From IMG/VR virus record IMGVR_UViG_3300024269_000024, positions 32,001 to 96,000 of that record: a DNA stretch of 64,000 nucleotides; one strand, 5' to 3'. This document shows positions 59,511 through 64,000 of this stretch, piece after piece. Every line of letters begins with the position of its first letter. Within the stretch, counting starts at the first letter, position 1. This stretch comes from a virus (Duplodnaviria; Caudoviricetes). Position numbers and translations under genes: made by a program. The notes under the pieces were generated by a model. The model saw only the letters and a list, made by a program, of their open reading frames with translations, was not told the DNA's origin and made no database searches.

Positions 59511-61403
59511 ATGGCAACACAAACAGGTACAGTGTCTGGTAAAATTACAGGACGTGAATATCGCATTGAATGGTCTACGGTGCAATCTATTGCTGATAAC
59601 GCTACTACAATAACATGTGTGCACAAATTGATTAACAGCTCAGGATATTCGCTTAACATAGCTGCTCGTAATAATGTGGGCACCAATATTAACAAATGCA
59701 CTGTTAATGGCGAGACTAAAAATTATGCTTCTCCAGCAATTAAAACTAGTGGCGGAACCACGCACGAGTTGGGCGTTACAACACACGTTGTAAAACATAA
59801 CAGTGATGGAACAATAGGTAGCATATCAATTAAAGGTGTTTTTAATATAATGGCCACTTTGTCTGGTAAATATGTAACTAGCATAACGGCAACTGGCACA
59901 ATTGAACTAAATGACATTCCAAGAGCATCTTCACTGTCGTTATCGGTTTCGAGTGTGAATGTTTTAGGCTCAATTACCGCAAACATCACACGAGCTACAA
60001 CTAGTTTTGTTCATGATGTTGAATTTTATATTAATAGTACATATTATAAAAAATACACTGGTGTTGGGACATCTCAAGCATATCAAATTCCAGAAGCGTG
60101 GTATGCAGCAATGCCGTCTTCGTCAAGTTGCACTGCATATTGTCGTATTACCACACGTGACAGTGCAGGCACACAAATCGGCTCTCAAGTTACAAAATCA
60201 TTTACAGTAAATGTGCCTTCTACTGTTGTCCCTAGTGTTGAAGGTATAGAATTAAGTACAGATCCGTATATCACAACGCAGGATGGTAATAGCAGGAATA
60301 TTTTAGTAAAAGGTAAAAACAAAATGAAAGTGCGTGCATATGGATGCAAGGCAGGAAAGGGTAGCAGTATAAAATCTTACACATTTCAAGCGATATATAA
60401 TTCAACAATTATTGCTACCGCCTCCATAACTAGCACGTCTACCGATGTGTCTACTACACTTGGTCCATTTTCGCAAACTGGAGCTATAACATTTAAAGTC
60501 ATTGTTGCAGACAGTAGACAAAGATCTGCTAGTAAACAATCAGGATGGGAGTGCCACGATTACGCATCTCCGTCCTTTGGTGCATTTAATGCATATAGAG
60601 CAAATTCTGACGCGTCCGCCAATACTAACGGAGAGTGGCTTATGTGCACTTATACACCAAGATACTCAGGTGTTAATGGCACAAATAGTGCTACCGTAAC
60701 AGTTTATTATAATGATGGTACACAGTTACAAACTGCTACAGGTAAAAATGGTCAAGCGCTTATTAGTCTTGGTAATAACGATAAAACGTATAGAGTGTAC
60801 TTGACTATTAATGACAACTACGGAGGTTCCGCACAATCATCTACGATAGTTGTATTTGGCCAGTCTAGAATATTTAATATAACTCCAGATGGCACTGGGT
60901 TTGCAATAGGCAAAATGGCAGAAAAAAATAACTGGTTTGAATGTAGATGGGACGCAAAGTTTGATGGTGATATTTATAGCAAAAATGATACTATTGTCAC
61001 ATCTGACAAAATGGCAAAAAAGGATATTGCAAATATGTCCACAGAACAGGAACGATTGTTTAATGAGCTGCGTCCAGTTACGTTTAAATTCAAAGACGGA
61101 TCGGGTGATCGAACGCACTACGGTTTTATTTCTCAGGATATTGAAGAAGCATTGTTTAGTTTAGATTTAACTGGAAAAGACTTTGCGGGATTCTGTAAAA
61201 ATTTACAAATTGATGGCAACGGGAATCCTGTGATTGATGAAAATGGACAAGCTGTATATGATTATTTCCTTAGGTACTCGGAGTTTATCGCTCTGAATAC
61301 ATATATGATACAAAAGCTACAAGCAGAAAATGCGGAGCTTAGATCTGAGCTTCAAGGACTAAAAGAACTTATTGTCGGCACCAGTTCAAAAAATATTGAT
61401 TAA
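59511..61403 (+). CDS. Baseplate/fibre protein (DUF859-like) with a C-terminal peptidase S74 intramolecular chaperone
   Basis: 'QSIADN.T', 'L.DIPRAS', 'G.AIGK.AE'; C-terminal 'TSD...KKDI...LRPVTF.FK...HYGFISQDIE...LRYSEFIAL'. Confidence 0.75.
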   Translation: MATQTGTVSGKITGREYRIEWSTVQSIADNATTITCVHKLINSSGYSLNIAARNNVGTNINKCTVNGETKNYASPAIKTSGGTTHELGVTTHVVKHNSDGTIGSISIKGVFNIMATLSGKYVTSITATGTIELNDIPRASSLSLSVSSVNVLGSITANITRATTSFVHDVEFYINSTYYKKYTGVGTSQAYQIPEAWYAAMPSSSSCTAYCRITTRDSAGTQIGSQVTKSFTVNVPSTVVPSVEGIELSTDPYITTQDGNSRNILVKGKNKMKVRAYGCKAGKGSSIKSYTFQAIYNSTIIATASITSTSTDVSTTLGPFSQTGAITFKVIVADSRQRSASKQSGWECHDYASPSFGAFNAYRANSDASANTNGEWLMCTYTPRYSGVNGTNSATVTVYYNDGTQLQTATGKNGQALISLGNNDKTYRVYLTINDNYGGSAQSSTIVVFGQSRIFNITPDGTGFAIGKMAEKNNWFECRWDAKFDGDIYSKNDTIVTSDKMAKKDIANMSTEQERLFNELRPVTFKFKDGSGDRTHYGFISQDIEEALFSLDLTGKDFAGFCKNLQIDGNGNPVIDENGQAVYDYFLRYSEFIALNTYMIQKLQAENAELRSELQGLKELIVGTSSKNID

Positions 61404-61437
61404 AAGGATAAATATTTGAAATGGGGGTTGATTAAAT

Positions 61438-62052
61438 GTGATAAGTTACATAGAATATGTAAACATGCCAACCAAGGTGGCAATTGCTTTGGTTGGCATG
61501 TTTTTAATCATGCAAGTTGTTGGAGAGTTGTTGGAGCTAAAGGGTAAAATTGTACCAGAGTTTGTTAAGGTTAGAAAGTATTTTGATCGAAAAAAGAAAG
61601 AAAAACAACAAGCCGCAGATACACTAAAGCAGGTGCAAACATTGCTAAATGAAGTAAATCAGCACTATAGTCAAGATAATATTGAGAAGCGTAATGCATG
61701 GATGGACTGGGTTAATTCTCGCGCAGTTGTTTATGATGCGGCAGTTTCTGAACTTACAGAGTTAAAAGAGGCGCTAGCAGCAAATAATGAATTGACTTTA
61801 GAGTTGTATATTAACACTAATAGACATAGAATAATTGATTTTGCCAGACTTGTTGCTGATGATAACGCATTAGTGTCAAGGGAAGAGTTTAGCCGTATTT
61901 ATAAGGTAGACCAAGAGTATCATTCAACGCTTGCTAAGCATAATCGAGAGAATGGTGAAGTTGATACCGCCATGAGACTCATAGAAGAAGCATATGATTA
62001 TAGAATGAAAAATCATGCGTTCATTGAAGATATTCGAGGATACAATAATTAA
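61438..62052 (+). CDS. Membrane-anchored coiled-coil protein (possible lysis accessory)
   Basis: GTG start after GGGGG; one N-terminal hydrophobic helix; 'Y......NG.V..A...I...Y' C-terminal motif. Confidence 0.55.
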   Translation: MISYIEYVNMPTKVAIALVGMFLIMQVVGELLELKGKIVPEFVKVRKYFDRKKKEKQQAADTLKQVQTLLNEVNQHYSQDNIEKRNAWMDWVNSRAVVYDAAVSELTELKEALAANNELTLELYINTNRHRIIDFARLVADDNALVSREEFSRIYKVDQEYHSTLAKHNRENGEVDTAMRLIEEAYDYRMKNHAFIEDIRGYNN

Positions 62053-62057
62053 TAATT

Positions 62058-62094
62058 TAAGGGGTTGTACGTAATGTACAGCCCCTTATTTTTT
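62058..62094. terminator. Bidirectional terminator between convergent genes
   Basis: TAAGGGGTTGTAC-GTAAT-GTACAGCCCCTTA followed by a T run. Confidence 0.7.
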
Positions 62095-62241
62095 ACGCTC
62101 GTATTCTTCTAAATAGTCCATGATAATTTTATTGCATAAAGAATTTAATGTTCTTTCGTCTTTATTTGCAATGATTTCTAGGCGCAATTTCTTTGAGATC
62201 GGCAGCCTTAGGGTTAACGTACATGTCTCTTCTTTCTTCAT
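62086..62241 (-). CDS. Small ribbon-helix-helix (Arc-like) DNA-binding protein, 51 aa
   Basis: ATG at 62241 after a GAGG RBS; 'TLTLRLP...K.RLE.IA.K..RTLNSL...II..YL' is the Arc/RHH pattern. Confidence 0.75.
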   Translation of the reverse strand: MKKEETCTLTLRLPISKKLRLEIIANKDERTLNSLCNKIIMDYLEEYERKK

Positions 62242-62263
62242 AAAATACCTCGTTTTTGATTGT

Positions 62264-62299
62264 ATTATAGTAGTTTTTGAACACAAATGCAATGCATTT
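62264..62299 (-). promoter_or_regulatory. Sigma70/SigA-type promoter of the RHH gene with an overlapping palindromic operator
   Basis: On the minus strand, TTGCAT-17 nt-TATAAT (62292-62264). The perfect inverted repeat AAATGCA-A-TGCATTT (62285-62299) covers the -35 box. Confidence 0.7.
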
Positions 62300-62305
62300 A
62301 TGAAT

Positions 62306-62331
62306 AGGGGATGCCACAATTGGTATCCCCT
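62306..62331 (-). terminator. Hairpin after the recombinase gene
   Basis: AGGGGATGCCA / TGGTATCCCCT inverted repeat next to the recombinase stop. Confidence 0.55.
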
Positions 62332-62336
62332 GATTT

Positions 62337-64000
62337 TTAGAACAACATTTTTTTATACATTTGTTTAAAACTCATTCCTAAATTGCTAATGTTGGTTAAT
62401 AGTTTTAATGTAACATTGTTGTTTTGTAATCCTCCTATTGTCCTAACATCATTGTTGTAATGTGTATAGTTTTTAAGTGCATTTTCATTAACAAGTAATT
62501 TATATCCCAACTTATCCTCTCCTCTCTTGACTATTATACCATCTTCTTCAAATTTATTGAAGTATTTTGTAAATTTAACATATCCTATTAGTATCCCACT
62601 ATTATGTATATGCTTCCAACAATTGCTAGGATAAATACATTCTTTGTTAGGCAGTATATATTCAGTTATTAGTCTATTCAAGTTATCTTTGGTTGATTCT
62701 TTGATGTTGATTTTATTATTACACAATTCATGTAAATCACCCTTGAGGTATATGTCTAAACTTCCATCTTCATAAATTACTATTTTATCAACTAATATTA
62801 AAACTTGTTTTTTAGTGAGCTCACCAGTATTAATAATTTCATCTAACAAATTAATTGTTGATTTGAAGTTTTGTCTTATTTCATTTTCTTTTGAACTTAT
62901 ATTCATGGCATCCGAAATCTGCCTCTCTAAACAACCTATCATTTTGTATTTACTATTCATGGCCTCGCTGTACATATTATCAATAATATCACTCATACTT
63001 GGGTTGTTCATTATCTCACGCATTTTTTGTTCCATAAGCACTTTAACTTCTTGCTTAATTCTTTCTAGATCTTTTTGTAGGTCATTGACATTGTCTTGTT
63101 TTTTGAATTCACGTTCAAATATATTATCAAAGTTTTGTATTATTTTTACTAATTCTTGCCTGCAATCAGCAATGAATGTTATTAAACATTCTTTGATTTG
63201 ATAATCCATAATTGCATGGCTTGTACAAACACTAGTCCCAAATTGATTGTATGAGTTACATATATATCTAATATTTGATCCACTTTTTGCAGATGTTAGC
63301 GTTTTGCCGCAATCTGCGCATTGCAATAGCCCATTAAACAAATTGTCTTTTTTAACTTTCGTTCCACGATAAGGCTTCTTTTTTCGCTGCAGTCGTATTT
63401 CCTGTGCTAATTGAAATGTCGCTTTGTCTATAATTGGTTCATGAGCATCTTCAAATACATAGTATTTATCTGGAGAGTTTTTTGTTCGCTTGCCATTAAT
63501 TGTCCTACATATTGTTTTATGCAATGTGAGAGTGCCGATGTAAAACTTGTTGCTAAGTATTCTTTGTATAGTGTCACCTGTCCACATGGTTGCTTTAAGC
63601 CGAGAAGTTCTTCCAGTGCTTTCTATAGTAATCTTTCTAATTGTACTGGCAGTTGGCACGTTTTCTTTATTAAATTTGTCTGCTATGGCTCGCAGTCCCA
63701 TGCCGTTTATATATAAATCAAATATTTGTATAACATAAGGTGCAGTAGTGGTATCTATATAATACATTTTTTTGTTAACTGGATCTTTTTTATATCCATA
63801 AGGGACAGTGTTTATAAATGCCCCTTCTTTCTGCAATGTGTTGATGGCATCCTTAGTTTTCATACTGGCATCTCTGATATAATCTTCGTTCATCCAACCA
63901 TATATGCCAACCATTTTGTGTGTTTTGGGGTCAAGTGTGTCATACCCTTCATATACTGTTAATACACGTTTGCCATCTTCTAGTACATTTTCTAAAAACA
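62337..64000 (-). CDS. Large serine recombinase (integrase), 5'-truncated by the window
   Basis: PYGY, 'IL.N.FYIG', HEPII (recombinase domain), CADCG...YIC...C (zinc ribbon), coiled coil, 'LVDKIVI'. The frame stays open from 63914 to the window end (..LENVLEDGKRVLTVYEGYDT..). Confidence 0.9.
   Translation of the reverse strand, partial: FLENVLEDGKRVLTVYEGYDTLDPKTHKMVGIYGWMNEDYIRDASMKTKDAINTLQKEGAFINTVPYGYKKDPVNKKMYYIDTTTAPYVIQIFDLYINGMGLRAIADKFNKENVPTASTIRKITIESTGRTSRLKATMWTGDTIQRILSNKFYIGTLTLHKTICRTINGKRTKNSPDKYYVFEDAHEPIIDKATFQLAQEIRLQRKKKPYRGTKVKKDNLFNGLLQCADCGKTLTSAKSGSNIRYICNSYNQFGTSVCTSHAIMDYQIKECLITFIADCRQELVKIIQNFDNIFEREFKKQDNVNDLQKDLERIKQEVKVLMEQKMREIMNNPSMSDIIDNMYSEAMNSKYKMIGCLERQISDAMNISSKENEIRQNFKSTINLLDEIINTGELTKKQVLILVDKIVIYEDGSLDIYLKGDLHELCNNKINIKESTKDNLNRLITEYILPNKECIYPSNCWKHIHNSGILIGYVKFTKYFNKFEEDGIIVKRGEDKLGYKLLVNENALKNYTHYNNDVRTIGGLQNNNVTLKLLTNISNLGMSFKQMYKKMLF

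Noticed and set aside
255-61164. Numerous short minus-strand and alternate-frame ORFs in the ORF track
   Set aside because: They are shadows of long + strand genes, with no recognisable motifs or RBS.
62815-63962. Plus-strand ORFs overlapping the recombinase
   Set aside because: They are antisense shadows of the serine recombinase gene.
1-64000. Stop-codon reassignment
   Set aside because: Long ORFs are intact in the standard code, and TAA, TGA and TAG all end genes at sensible boundaries.
1-64000. tRNA or rRNA genes
   Set aside because: Intergenic gaps are short and contain only simple hairpins; no cloverleaf or T-loop consensus was seen.

Overview
A 64-kb late/structural region of a large tailed phage or prophage of a Bacillota (Clostridia-like) host. 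Nearly all genes are on the + strand and use the standard genetic code. Bases 1-34.6 kb form an unusually long cluster of about 25 modular fibre/adhesin genes (Mtd_N-like, BspA LRR, a Cys-rich 23-aa LRR-like repeat, Ig-like, LamG, CBM, discoidin and C-type-lectin-like domains). Embedded in this cluster are a GT2 glycosyltransferase, two CotH-type kinase proteins and two holin-like genes. The larger CotH-like gene is split exactly at its YDxD motif by a 1019-nt group I intron (27357-28375) that encodes a Zn-finger/Vsr-like homing endonuclease. Downstream are a CHAP endolysin, a RuvC-like resolvase, two small tail genes, a 5668-aa tape measure protein with a JAB/MPN-like motif, Dit, Tal, a fibre protein with an S74 chaperone and a membrane protein. 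On the - strand are a small ribbon-helix-helix gene and a large serine recombinase cut by the window edge. The best candidate for an undescribed system is the fibre cluster itself: subunits appear to carry matching terminal docking peptides and swappable cassettes, and come with their own kinases and glycosyltransferase. All domain calls are from motifs read by eye; no database searches were run.
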